Part shown: in pieces, positions 25,701 through 38,700 of the stretch | How the letters are laid out: each line of letters starts with the position of its first letter | Position numbering within the stretch: position 1 is the stretch's first letter | DNA from: Auanema rhodensis | Lineage: Eukaryota; Animalia; Nematoda | Direction of reading: 5' to 3' | Assembly (NCBI GenBank): GCA_964057225.1 | Contig: OZ059897.1 | Coordinates: forward strand, 21,886,001-21,950,000 | DNA length: 64,000 nucleotides | Position numbers and translations under genes: made by a program | Notes under the pieces: generated by a model | What the model was told of the DNA's origin: nothing | The model's input: the letters and a program-made list of their open reading frames with translations, nothing else | Databases searched by the model: none

Positions 25701-28700
25701 CCATATTAGTCTAAAAACAAATTTTTATTGATATTGGTGCATGGTAACCATGACTTTGAAATTTACGTGAACTTTAATTTATGCTAATTAAATGTACACG
25801 TGATGTGCACTTGGTATGTAACTCGCTTCACGTGAAAGATAAAGAGATGCGGTTTTCAAAATAAGATTCCCCATGTCCATATTAGTCTAAAAACAAATTT
25901 TTATTGATATTGGTTCATGGTAACCATGACTTTGAAATTTACGTGAACTTTAATTTATGCTAATTAAATGTACACGTGATGTGCACTTGGTATGTAACTT
26001 GCTTCACGTGAAAGATAAAGAGATGCGGTTTTCAAAATTTGATTCCCCATGTCCATATTAGTCTAAAAACAAATTTTTATTGATATTGGTTCATGGTAAC
26101 CAAGACTTTGAAATTTACGTGAACTTTAATTTATGCTAATTAAATGTACACGTGATGTGCACTTGGTATGTAACTCGCTTCACGTGAAAGATAAAGAGAT
26201 GCGGTTTTCAAAATTAGATTCCGCATGTCCATATTAGTCTAAAAACAACTTTTTATTGATATTGGTGCATGGTAACCATGACTTTGAAATTTACGTGAAC
26301 TTTAATTTATGCTAATTAAATGTACACGTGATGTGCACTTGGTATGTAACTCGCTTCACGTGAAAGATAAAGAGATGCGGTTTTGAAAATTAGATTCCTC
26401 ATGTCCATATTAGTCTAAAAACGAATTTTTATTGATATTGGTGCATGGTAACCATGACTTTGAAATTTACGTGAACTTTAATTTATGCTAATTAAATGTA
26501 CACGTGATGTGCACTTGGTATGTAACTCGCTTCACGTGAAAGATAAAGAGATGCGGTTTCCAAAATAAGATTCCCCATGTCCATATTAGTCTAAAAACAA
26601 ATTTTTATTGATATTGGTTTATGGTAACCATGACTTTGAAATTTACGTGAACTTTAATTTATGCTAATTAAATGTACACGTGATGTGCACTTGGTATGTA
26701 ACTCGCTTCACGTGAAAGATAAAGAGATGCGGTTTTCAAAATAAGCTTCCCCATGTCCATATTAGTCTAAAAACAAATTTTTATTGATATTGGTTCATGG
26801 TAACCATGACTTTGAAATTTACGTGAACTTTAATTTATGCTAATTAAATGTACACGTGATGTGCACTTGGTATGTAACTCGCTTCACGTGAAAGATAAAG
26901 AGATGCGGTTTTCAAAATAAGCTTCCCCATGTCCATATTAGTCTAAAAACAAATTTTTATTGATATTGGTTTATGGTAACCATGACTTTGAAATTTACGT
27001 GAACTTTAATTTATGCTAATTAAATGTACACGTGATGTGCACTTGGTATGTAACTCGCTTCACGTGAAAGATAAAGAGATGCGGTTTTCAAAATTAGATT
27101 CCGCATGTCCATATTAGTCTAAAAACAACTTTTTATTGATATTGGTGCATGGTAACCATGACTTTGAAATTTACGTGAACTTTAATTTATGCTAATTAAA
27201 TGTACACGTGATGTGCACTTGGTATGTAACTCGCTTCACGTGAAAGATAAAGAGATGCGGTTTTGAAAATTAGATTCCTCATGTCCATATTAGTCTAAAA
27301 ACGAATTTTTATTGATATTGGTGCATGGTAACCATGACTTTGAAATTTACGTGAACTTTAATTTATGCTAATTAAATGTACACGTGATGTGCACTTGGTA
27401 TGTAACTCGCTTCACGTGAAAGATAAAGAGATGCGGTTTTCAAAATAAGATTTCCCATGTCCATATTAGTCTAAAAACAAATTTTTATTGATATTGGTTT
27501 ATGGTAACCATGACTTTGAAATTTACGTGAACTTTAATTTATGCTAATATAATGTACACGTGATGTGCACTTGGTATGTAACTCGCTTCACGTGAAAGAT
27601 AAAGAGATGCGGTTTTCAAAATAAGATTCCCCATGTCCATATTAGTCTAAAAACAAATTTTTATTGATATTGGTTCATGGTAACCATGACTTTGAAATTT
27701 ACGTGAACTTTAATTTATGCTAATTAAATGTACACGTGATGTGCACTTGGTATGTAACTCGCTTCACGTGAAAGATAAAGAGATGCGGTTTTCAAAATTT
27801 GATTCCCCATGTCCATATTAGTCTAAAAACAAATTTTTATTGATATTGGTTCATGGTAACCATGACTTTGAAATTTACGTGAACTTTAATTTATGCTAAT
27901 TAAATGTACACGTGATGTGCACTTGGTATGTAACTCGCTTCACGTGAAAGATAAAGAGATGCGGTTTTCAAAATAAGATTCCCCATGTCCATATTAGTCT
28001 AAAAACAAATTTTTATTGATATGGGTGCATGGTAACCATGACTTTGAAATTTACGTGAACTTTAATTTATGCTAATTAAATGTACACGTGATGTGCACTT
28101 GGTATGTAACTCGCTTCACGTGAAAGATAAAGAGTTGCGGTTTTCAAAATTAGATTCCTCATGTCCATATTAGTCTAAAAACAAATTTTTATTGATATTG
28201 GTGCATGGTAACCATGACTTTGAAATTTACGTGAACTTTAATTTATGCTAATTAAATGTACACGTGATGTGCACTTGGTATGTAACTCGCTTCACGTGAA
28301 AGATAAAGAGATGCGGTTTTCAAAATTTGATTCCCCATGTCCATATTAGTCTAAAAACAAATTTTTATTGATATTGGTTCATGGTAACCATGACTTTGAA
28401 ATTTACGTGAACTTTAATTTATGCTAATTAAATGTACACGTGATGTGCACTTGGTATGTAACTCGCTTCACGTGAAAGATAAAGAGATGCGGTTTTCAAA
28501 ATAAGATTCCCCATGTCCATATTAGTCTAAAAAGAAATTTTTATTGATATGGGTGCATGGTAACCATGACTTTGAAATTTACGTGAACTTTAATTTATGC
28601 TAATTAAATGTACACGTGATGTGCACTTGGTATGTAACTCGCTTCACGTGAAAGATAAAGAGTTGCGGTTTTCAAAATTAGATTCCTCATGTCCATATTA

Positions 28701-31700
28701 GTCTAAAAACAAATTTTTATTGATATTGGTTCATGGTAACCATGACTTTGAAATTTACGTGAACTTTAATTTATGCTAATTAAATGTACACGTGATGTGC
28801 ACTTGGTATGTAACTCGCTTCACGTGAAAGATAAAGAGATGCGGTTTTCAAAATTTGATTCCCCATGTCCATATTAGTCTAAAAACAAATTTTTATTGAT
28901 ATTGGTTCATGGTAACCATGACTTTGAAATTTACGTGAACTTTAATTTATGCTAATTAAATGTACACGTGATGTGCACTTGGTATGTAACTCGCTTCACG
29001 TGAAAGATAAAGAGATGCGGTTTTCAAAATAAGATTCCCCATGTCCATATTAGTCTAAAAACAAATTTTTATTGATATGGGTGCATGGTAACCATGACTT
29101 TGAAATTTACGTGAACTTTAATTTATGCTAATTAAATGTACACGTGATGTGCACTTGGTATGTAACTCGCTTCACGTGAAAGATAAAGAGATGCGGTTTT
29201 CAAAATTAGATTCCCCATGTCCATATTAGTCTAAAAACAAATTTTTATTGATATTGGTTCATGGTAACCATGACTTTGAAATTTACGTGAACTTTAATTT
29301 ATGCTAATTAAATGTACACGTGATGTGCACTTGGTATTTTAACTCGCTTCACGTGAAAGATAAAGAGATGCGGTTTTCAAAATTAGATTCCCCATGTCCA
29401 TATTAGTCTAAAAACAAATTTTTATTGATATTGGTGCATGGTAACCATGACTTTGAAATTTACGTGAACTTTAATTTATGCTAATTAAATGTACACGTGA
29501 TGTGCACTTGGTATGTAACTCGCTTCACGTGAAAGATAAAGAGATGCGGTTTTCAAAATTAGATTCCCCATGTCCATATTAGTCTAAAAACAAATTTTTA
29601 TTGATATTGGTTCATGGTAACCATGACTTTGAAATTTACGTGAACTTCAATTTATGCTAATTAAATGTACACGTGATGTGCACTTGGTATTTTAACTCGC
29701 TTCACGTGAAAGATAAAGAGATGCGGTTTTCAAAATTAGATTCCCCATGTCCATATTAGTCTAAAAACAAATTTTTATTGATATTGGTGCATGGTAACCA
29801 TGACTTTGAAATTTACGTGAACTTTAATTTATGCTAATTAAATGTACACGTGATGTGCACTTGGTATGTAACTCGCTTCACGTGAAAGATAAAGAGATGC
29901 GGTTTTTAAAATTAGATTCCCCATGTCCATATTAGTCTAAAAACAAATTTTTATTGATATTGGTTCATGGTAACCATGACTTTGAAATTTACGTGAACTT
30001 TAATTTATGCTAATAAAATTTACACGTGATGTGCACTTGGTATGTAACTCGCTTCACGTAAAAGATAAAGAGATGCGGTTTTCAGAATTAGATTCCCCAT
30101 GTCCATATTAGTCTAAAAACAAATTTTTATTGATATTGGTGCATGGTAACCATGACTTTGAAATTTACGTGAACTTTAATTTATGCTAATTAAATGTACA
30201 CGTGATGTGCACTTGGTATGTAACTCGCTTCACGTGAAAGATAAAGAGATGCGGTTTTCAAAATTAGATTCCCCATGTCCATATTAGTCTAAAAACAAAT
30301 TTTCATTGATATGGGTGCATGGTAACCATGACTTTGAAATTTACGTGAACTTTAATTTATGCTAATTAAATGTACACGTGATGTGCACTTGGTATGTAAC
30401 TCGCTTCACGTGAGAGATAAAGAGATGCGGTTTTCAAAATTAGATTCCCCATGTCCATATTAGTCTAAAAACAAATTTTTATTGATATTGGTTCATGATA
30501 ACCATGACTTTGAAATTTACGTGAACTTTAATTTATGCTAATTAAATGTACACGTGATGTGCACTTGGTATGTAACTCGCTTCACGTGAAAGATAAAGAG
30601 ATGCGGTTTTCAAAATTAGATTCCCCATGTCCATATTAGTCTAAAAACAAATTTTCATTGATATGGGTGCATGGTAACCATGACTTTGAAATTTACGTGA
30701 ACTTTAATTTATGCTAATTAAATGTACACGTGATGTGCACTTGGTATGTAACTCGCTTCACGTGAAAGATAAAGAGATGCGGTTTTCAAAATTAGATTCC
30801 CCATGTCCATATTAGTCTAAAAACAAATTTTTATTGATATTGGTTCATGATAACCATGACTTTGAAATTTACGTGAACTTTAATTTATGCTAATTAAATG
30901 TACACGTGATGTGCACTTGGTATGTAACTCGCTTCACGTGAAAGATAAAGAGATGCGGTTTTCAAAATTAGATTCCCCATGTCCATATTAGTCTAAAAAC
31001 AACTTTTTATTGATATTGGTGCATGGTAACCATGACTTTGAAATTTACGTGAACTTTAATTTATGCTAATTAAATGTACACGTGATGTGCACTTGGTATG
31101 TAACTCGCTTCACGTGAAAGATAAAGAGATGCGGTTTTCAAAATAAGATTCCCCATGTCCATATTAATCTAAAAACAAATTTTTATTGATATGGGTGCAT
31201 GGTAACCATGACTTTGAAATTTACGTGAACTTTAATTTATGCTAATTAAATGTACACGTGATGTGCACTTGGTATGTAACTCGCTTCACGTGAAAGATAA
31301 AGAGTTGCGGTTTTCAAAATTAGATTCCCCATGTCCATATTAGTCTAAAAACAAATTTTTATTGATATTGGTGCATGGTAACCATGACTTTGAAATTTAC
31401 GTGAACTTTAATTTATGCTAATTAAATGTACACGTGATGTGCACTTGGTATGTAACTCGCTTCACGTGAAAGATAAAGAGATGCGGTTTTCAAAATAAGA
31501 TTCCCCATGTCCATATTAGTCTAAAAACAAATTTTTATTGATATTGGTTCATGGTAACCATGACTTTGAAATTTACGTGAACTTTAATTTATGCTAATTA
31601 AATGTACACCTGATGTGCACTTGGTATGTAACTCGCTTCACGTGAAAGATAAAGAGATGCGGTTTTCAAAATTTGATTCCCCATGTCCATATTAGTCTAA

Positions 31701-34700
31701 AAACAAATTTTTATTGATATTGGTTCATGGTAACCATGACTTTGAAATTTACGTGAACTTTAATTTATGCTAATTAAATGTACACGTGATGTGCACTTGG
31801 TATGTAACTCGCTTCACGTGAAAGATAAAGAGATGCGGTTTTCAAAATAAGATTCCCCATGTCCATATTAGTCTAAAAACAAATTTTTATTGATATGGGT
31901 GCATGGTAACCATGACTTTGAAATTTACGTGAACTTTAATTTATGCTAATTAAATGTACACGTGATGTGCACTTGGTATGTAACTCGCTTCACGTGAAAG
32001 ATAAAGAGTTGCGGTTTTCAAAATTAGATTCCCCATGTCCATATTAGTCTAAAAACAAATTTTTATTGATATTGGTGCATGGTAACCATGACTTTGAAAT
32101 TTACGTGAACTTTAATTTATGCTAATTAAATGTACACGTGATGTGCACTTGGTATGTAACTCGCTTCACGTGAAAGATAAAGAGATGCGGTTTTCAAAAT
32201 AAGATTCCCCATGTCCATATTAGTCTAAAAACAAATTTTTATTGATATTGGTTCATGGTAACCATGACTTTGAAATTTACGTGAACTTTAATTTATGCTA
32301 ATTAAATGTACACGTGATGTGCACTTGGTATGTAACTTGCTTCACGTGAAAGATAAAGAGATGCGGTTTTGAAAATTAGATTCCTCATGTCCATATTAGT
32401 CTAAAAACGAATTTTTATTGATATTGGTGCATGGTAACCATGACTTTGAAATTTACGTGAACTTTAATTTATGCTAATTAAATGTACACGTGATGTGCAC
32501 TTGGTATGTAACTCGCTTCACGTGAAAGATAAAGAGATGCGGTTTTCAAAATAAGATTCCCCATGTCCATATTAGTCTAAAAACAAATTTTTATTGATAT
32601 TGGTTTATGGTAACCATGACTTTGAAATTTACGTGAACTTTAATTTATGCTAATTAAATGTACACGTGATGTGCACTTGGTATGTAACTCGCTTCACGTG
32701 AAAGATAAAGAGATGCGGTTTTCAAAATAAGCTTCCCCATGTCCATATTAGTCTAAAAACAAATTTTTATTGATATTGGTTCATGGTAACCATGACTTTG
32801 AAATTTACGTGAACTTTAATTTATGCTAATTAAATGTACACGTGATGTGCACTTGGTATGTAACTCGCTTCACGTGAAAGATAAAGAGATGCGGTTTTCA
32901 AAATAAGCTTCCCCATGTCCATATTAGTCTAAAAACAAATTTTTATTGATATTGGTTTATGGTAACCATGACTTTGAAATTTACGTGAACTTTAATTTAT
33001 GCTAATTAAATGTACACGTGATGTGCACTTGGTATGTAACTCGCTTCACGTGAGAGATAAAGAGATGCGGTTTTCAAAATTAGATTCCCCATGTCCATAT
33101 TAGTCTAAAAACAAATTTTTATTGATATTGGTTCATGATAACCATGACTTTGAAATTTACGTGAACTTTAATTTATGCTAATTAAATGTACACGTGATGT
33201 GCACTTGGTATGTAACTCGCTTCACGTGAAAGATAAAGAGATGCGGTTTTCAAAATTAGATTCCCCATGTCCATATTAGTCTAAAAACAAATTTTCATTG
33301 ATATGGGTGCATGGTAACTATGACTTTGAAATTTACGTGAACTTTAATTTATGCTAATTAAATGTACACGTGATGTGCACTTGGTATGTAACTCGCTTCA
33401 CGTGAAAGATAAAGAGATGCGGTTTTCAAAATTAGATTCCCCATGTCCATATTAGTCTAAAAACAAATTTTTATTGATATTGGTTCATGATAACCATGAC
33501 TTTGAAATTTACGTGAACTTTAATTTATGCTAATTAAATGTACACGTGATGTGCACTTGGTATGTAACTCGCTTCACGTGAAAGATAAAGAGATGCGGTT
33601 TTCAAAATTAGATTCCCCATGTCCATATTAGTCTAAAAACAACTTTTTATTGATATTGGTGCATGGTAACCATGACTTTGAAATTTACGTGAACTTTAAT
33701 TTATGCTAATTAAATGTACACGTGATGTGCACTTGGTATGTAACTCGCTTCACGTGAAAGATAAAGAGATGCGGTTTTCAAAATAAGATTCCCCATGTCC
33801 ATATTAGTCTAAAAACAAATTTTTATTGATATGGGTGCATGGTAACCATGACTTTGAAATTTACGTGAACTTTAATTTATGCTAATTAAATGTACACGTG
33901 ATGTGCACTTGGTATGTAACTCGCTTCACGTGAAAGATAAAGAGTTGCGGTTTTCAAAATTAGATTCCCCATGTCCATATTAGTCTAAAAACAAATTTTT
34001 ATTGATATTGGTGCATGGTAACCATGACTTTGAAATTTACGTGAACTTTAATTTATGCTAATTAAATGTACACGTGATGTGCACTTGGTATGTAACTCGC
34101 TTCACGTGAAAGATAAAGAGATGCGGTTTTCAAAATAAGATTCCTCATGTCCATATTAGTCTAAAAACAAATTTTTATTGATATTGGTTCATGGTAACCA
34201 TGACTTTGAAATTTACGTGAACTTTAATTTATGCTAATTAAATGTACACGTGATGTGCACTTGGTATGTAACTCGCTTCACGTGAAAGATAAAGAGATGC
34301 GGTTTTCAAAATTTGATTCCCCATGTCCATATTAGTCTAAAAACAAATTTTTATTGATATTGGTGCATGGTAACCATGACTTTGAAATTTACGTGAACTT
34401 TAATTTATGCTAATTAAATGTACACGTGATGTGCACTTGGTATGTAACTCGCTTCACGTGAAAGATAAAGAGATGCGGTTTTCAAAATAAGATTCCCCAT
34501 GTCCATATTAGTCTAAAAACAAATTTTTATTGATATGGGTGCATGGTAACCATGACTTTGAAATTTACGTGAACTTTAATTTATGCTAATTAAATGTACA
34601 CGTGATGTGCACTTGGTATGTAACTCGCTTCACGTGAAAGATAAAGAGTTGCGGTTTTCAAAATTAGATTCCCCATGTCCATATTAGTCTAAAAACAAAT

Positions 34701-35740
34701 TTTTATTGATATTGGTGCATGGTAACCATGACTTTGAAATTTACGTGAACTTTAATTTATGCTAATTAAATGTACACGTGATGTGCACTTGGTATGTAAC
34801 TCGCTTCACGTGAAAGATAAAGAGATGCGGTTTTCAAAATAAGATTCCTCATGTCCATATTAGTCTAAAAACAAATTTTTATTGATATTGGTTCATGGTA
34901 ACCATGACTTTGAAATTTACGTGAACTTTAATTTATGCTAATTAAATGTACACGTGATGTGCACTTGGTATGTAACTCGCTTCACGTGAAAGATAAAGAG
35001 ATGCGGTTTTCAAAATTTGATTCCCCATGTCCATATTAGTCTAAAAACAAATTTTTATTGATATTGGTTCATGGTAACCATGACTTTGAAATTTACGTGA
35101 ACTTTAATTTATGCTAATTAAATGTACACGTGATGTGCACTTGGTATGTAACTCGCTTCACGTGAAAGATAAAGAGATGCGGTTTTCAAAATAAGATTCC
35201 CCATGTCCATATTAGTCTAAAAACAAATTTTTATTGATATGGGTGCATGGTAACCATGACTTTGAAATTTACGTGAACTTTAATTTATGCTAATTAAATG
35301 TACACGTGATGTGCACTTGGTATGTAACTCGCTTCACGTGAAAGATAAAGAGTTGCGGTTTTCAAAATTAGATTCCCCATGTCCATATTAGTCTAAAAAC
35401 AAATTTTTATTGATATTGGTGCATGGTAACCATGACTTTGAAATTTACGTGAACTTTAATTTATGCTAATTAAATGTACACGTGATGTGCACTTGGTATG
35501 TAACTCGCTTCACGTGAAAGATAAAGAGATGCGGTTTTCAAAATAAGATTCCCCATGTCCATATTAGTCTAAAAACAAATTTTTATTGATATTGGTTCAT
35601 GGTAACCATGACTTTGAAATTTACGTGAACTTTAATTTATGCTAATTAAATGTACACGTGATGTGCACTTGGTATGTAACTTGCTTCACGTGAAAGATAA
35701 AGAGATGCGGTTTTCAAAATTTGATTCCCCATGTCCATAT

Positions 35741-38700
35741 TAGTCTAAAAACAAATTTTTATTGATATTGGTTCATGGTAACCATGACTTTGAAATTTAC
35801 GTGAACTTTAATTTATGCTAATTAAATGTACACGTGATGTGCACTTGGTATGTAACTCGCTTCACGTGAAAGATAAAGAGATGCGGTTTTCAAAATTAGA
35901 TTCCGCATGTCCATATTAGTCTAAAAACAACTTTTTATTGATATTGGTGCATGGTAACCATGACTTTGAAATTTACGTGAACTTTAATTTATGCTAATTA
36001 AATGTACACGTGATGTGCACTTGGTATGTAACTCGCTTCACGTGAAAGATAAAGAGATGCGGTTTTGAAAATTAGATTCCTCATGTCCATATTAGTCTAA
36101 AAACGAATTTTTATTGATATTGGTGCATGGTAACCATGACTTTGAAATTTACGTGAACTTTAATTTATGCTAATTAAATGTACACGTGATGTGCACTTGG
36201 TATGTAACTCGCTTCACGTGAAAGATAAAGAGATGCGGTTTTCAAAATAAGATTCCCCATGTCCATATTAGTCTAAAAACAAATTTTTATTGATATTGGT
36301 TTATGGTAACCATGACTTTGAAATTTACGTGAACTTTAATTTATGCTAATTAAATGTACACGTGATGTGCACTTGGTATGTAACTCGCTTCACGTGAAAG
36401 ATAAAGAGATGCGGTTTTCAAAATAAGCTTCCCCATGTCCATATTAGTCTAAAAACAAATTTTTATTGATATTGGTTCATGGTAACCATGACTTTGAAAT
36501 TTACGTGAACTTTAATTTATGCTAATTAAATGTACACGTGATGTGCACTTGATATGTAACTCGCTTCACGTGAAAGATAAAGAGATGCGGTTTTCAAAAT
36601 TAGATTCCCCATGTCCATATTAGTCTAAAAACAAATTTTTATTGATATTGGTGCATGGTAACCATGACTTTGAAATTTACGTGAACTTTAATTTATGCTA
36701 ATTAAATGTACACGTGATGTGCACTTGGTATGTAACTCGCTTCACGTGAAAGATAAAGAGATGCGGTTTTCAAAATAAGATTCCCCATGTCCATATTAGT
36801 CTAAAAACAAATTTTTATTGATATTGGTTCATGGTAACCATGACTTTGAAATTTACGTGAACTTTAATTTATGCTAATTAAATGTACACGTGATGTGCAC
36901 TTGGTATGTAACTCGCTTCACGTGAAAGATAAAGAGATGCGGTTTTGAAAATAAGATTCCCCATGTCCATATTAGTCTAAAAACAAATTTTTATTGATAT
37001 TGGTTCATGGTAACCATGACTTTGAAATTTACGTGAACTTTAATTTATGCTAATTAAATGTACACGTGATGTGCACTTGATATGTAACTCGCTTCTCGTG
37101 AAAGATAAAGAGATGCGGTTTTCAAAATTAGATTCCCCATGTCCATATTAGTCTAAAAACAAATTTTTATTGATATTGGTGCATGGTAACCATGACTTTG
37201 AAATTTACGTGAACTTTGATTTATGCTAATTAAATGTACACGTGATGTGCACTTGGTATGTAACTTGCTTCACGTGAAAGATAAAGAGGTGCGGTTTTCA
37301 AAATAAGATTCCCCATGTCCATATTAGTCTAAAAACAAATTTTTATTGATATTGGTTCATGGTAACCATGACTTTGAAATTTACGTGAACTTTAATTTAT
37401 GCTAATTAAATGTACACGTGATGTGCACTTGGTATGTAACTCGCTTCACGTGAAAGATAAAGAGATGCGGTTTTCAAAATTAGATTCCCCATGTCCATAT
37501 TAGTCTAAAAACAAATTTTTATTGATATTGGTGCATGGTAACCATGACTTTGAAATTTACGTGAACTTTAATTTATGCTAATTAAATGTACACGTGATGT
37601 GCACTTGATATGTAACTCGCTTCTCGTGAAAGATAAAGAGATGCGGTTTTCAAAATTAGATTCCCCATGTCCATATTAGTCTAAAAACAAATTTTTATTG
37701 ATATTGGTGCATGGTAACCATGACTTTGAAATTTACGTGAACTTTAATTTATGCTAATTAAATGTACACGTGATGTGCACTTGGTATGTAACTTGCTTCA
37801 CGTGAAAGATAAAGAGGTGCGGTTTTCAAAATAAGATTCCCCATGTCCATATTAGTCTAAAAACAAATTTTTATTGATATTGGTTCATGGTAACCATGAC
37901 TTTGAAATTTACGTGAACTTTAATTTATGCTAATTAAATGTACACGTGATGTGCACTTGGTATGTAACTCGCTTCACGTGAAAGATAAAGAGATGCGGTT
38001 TTCAAAATTAGATTCCGCATGTCCATATTAGTCTAAAAACAAATTTTTATTGATATTGGTGCATGGTAACCATGACTTTGAAATTTACGTGAACTTTAAT
38101 TTATGCTAATTAAATGTACACGTGATGTGCACTTGGTATGTAACTCGCTTCACGTGAAAGATAAAGAGATGCGGTTTTGAAAATTAGATTCCTCATGTCC
38201 ATATTAGTCTAAAAACGAATTTTTATTGATATTGGTGCATGGTAACCATGACTTTGAAATTTACGTGAACTTTAATTTATGCTAATTAAATGTACACGTG
38301 ATGTGCACTTGGTATGTAACTCGCTTCACGTGAAAGATAAAGAGATGCGGTTTTCAAAATAAGATTCCCCATGTCCATATTAGTCTAAAAACAAATTTTT
38401 ATTGATATTGGTTTATGGTAACCATGACTTTGAAATTTACGTGAACTTTAATTTATGCTAATTAAATGTACACGTGATGTGCACTTGGTATGTAACTCGC
38501 TTCACGTGAAAGATAAAGAGATGCGGTTTTCAAAATAAGCTTCCCCATGTCCATATTAGTCTAAAAACAAATTTTTATTGATATTGGTTCATGGTAACCA
38601 TGACTTTGAAATTTACGTGAACTTTAATTTATGCTAATTAAATGTACACGTGATGTGCACTTGATATGTAACTCGCTTCACGTGAAAGATAAAGAGATGC

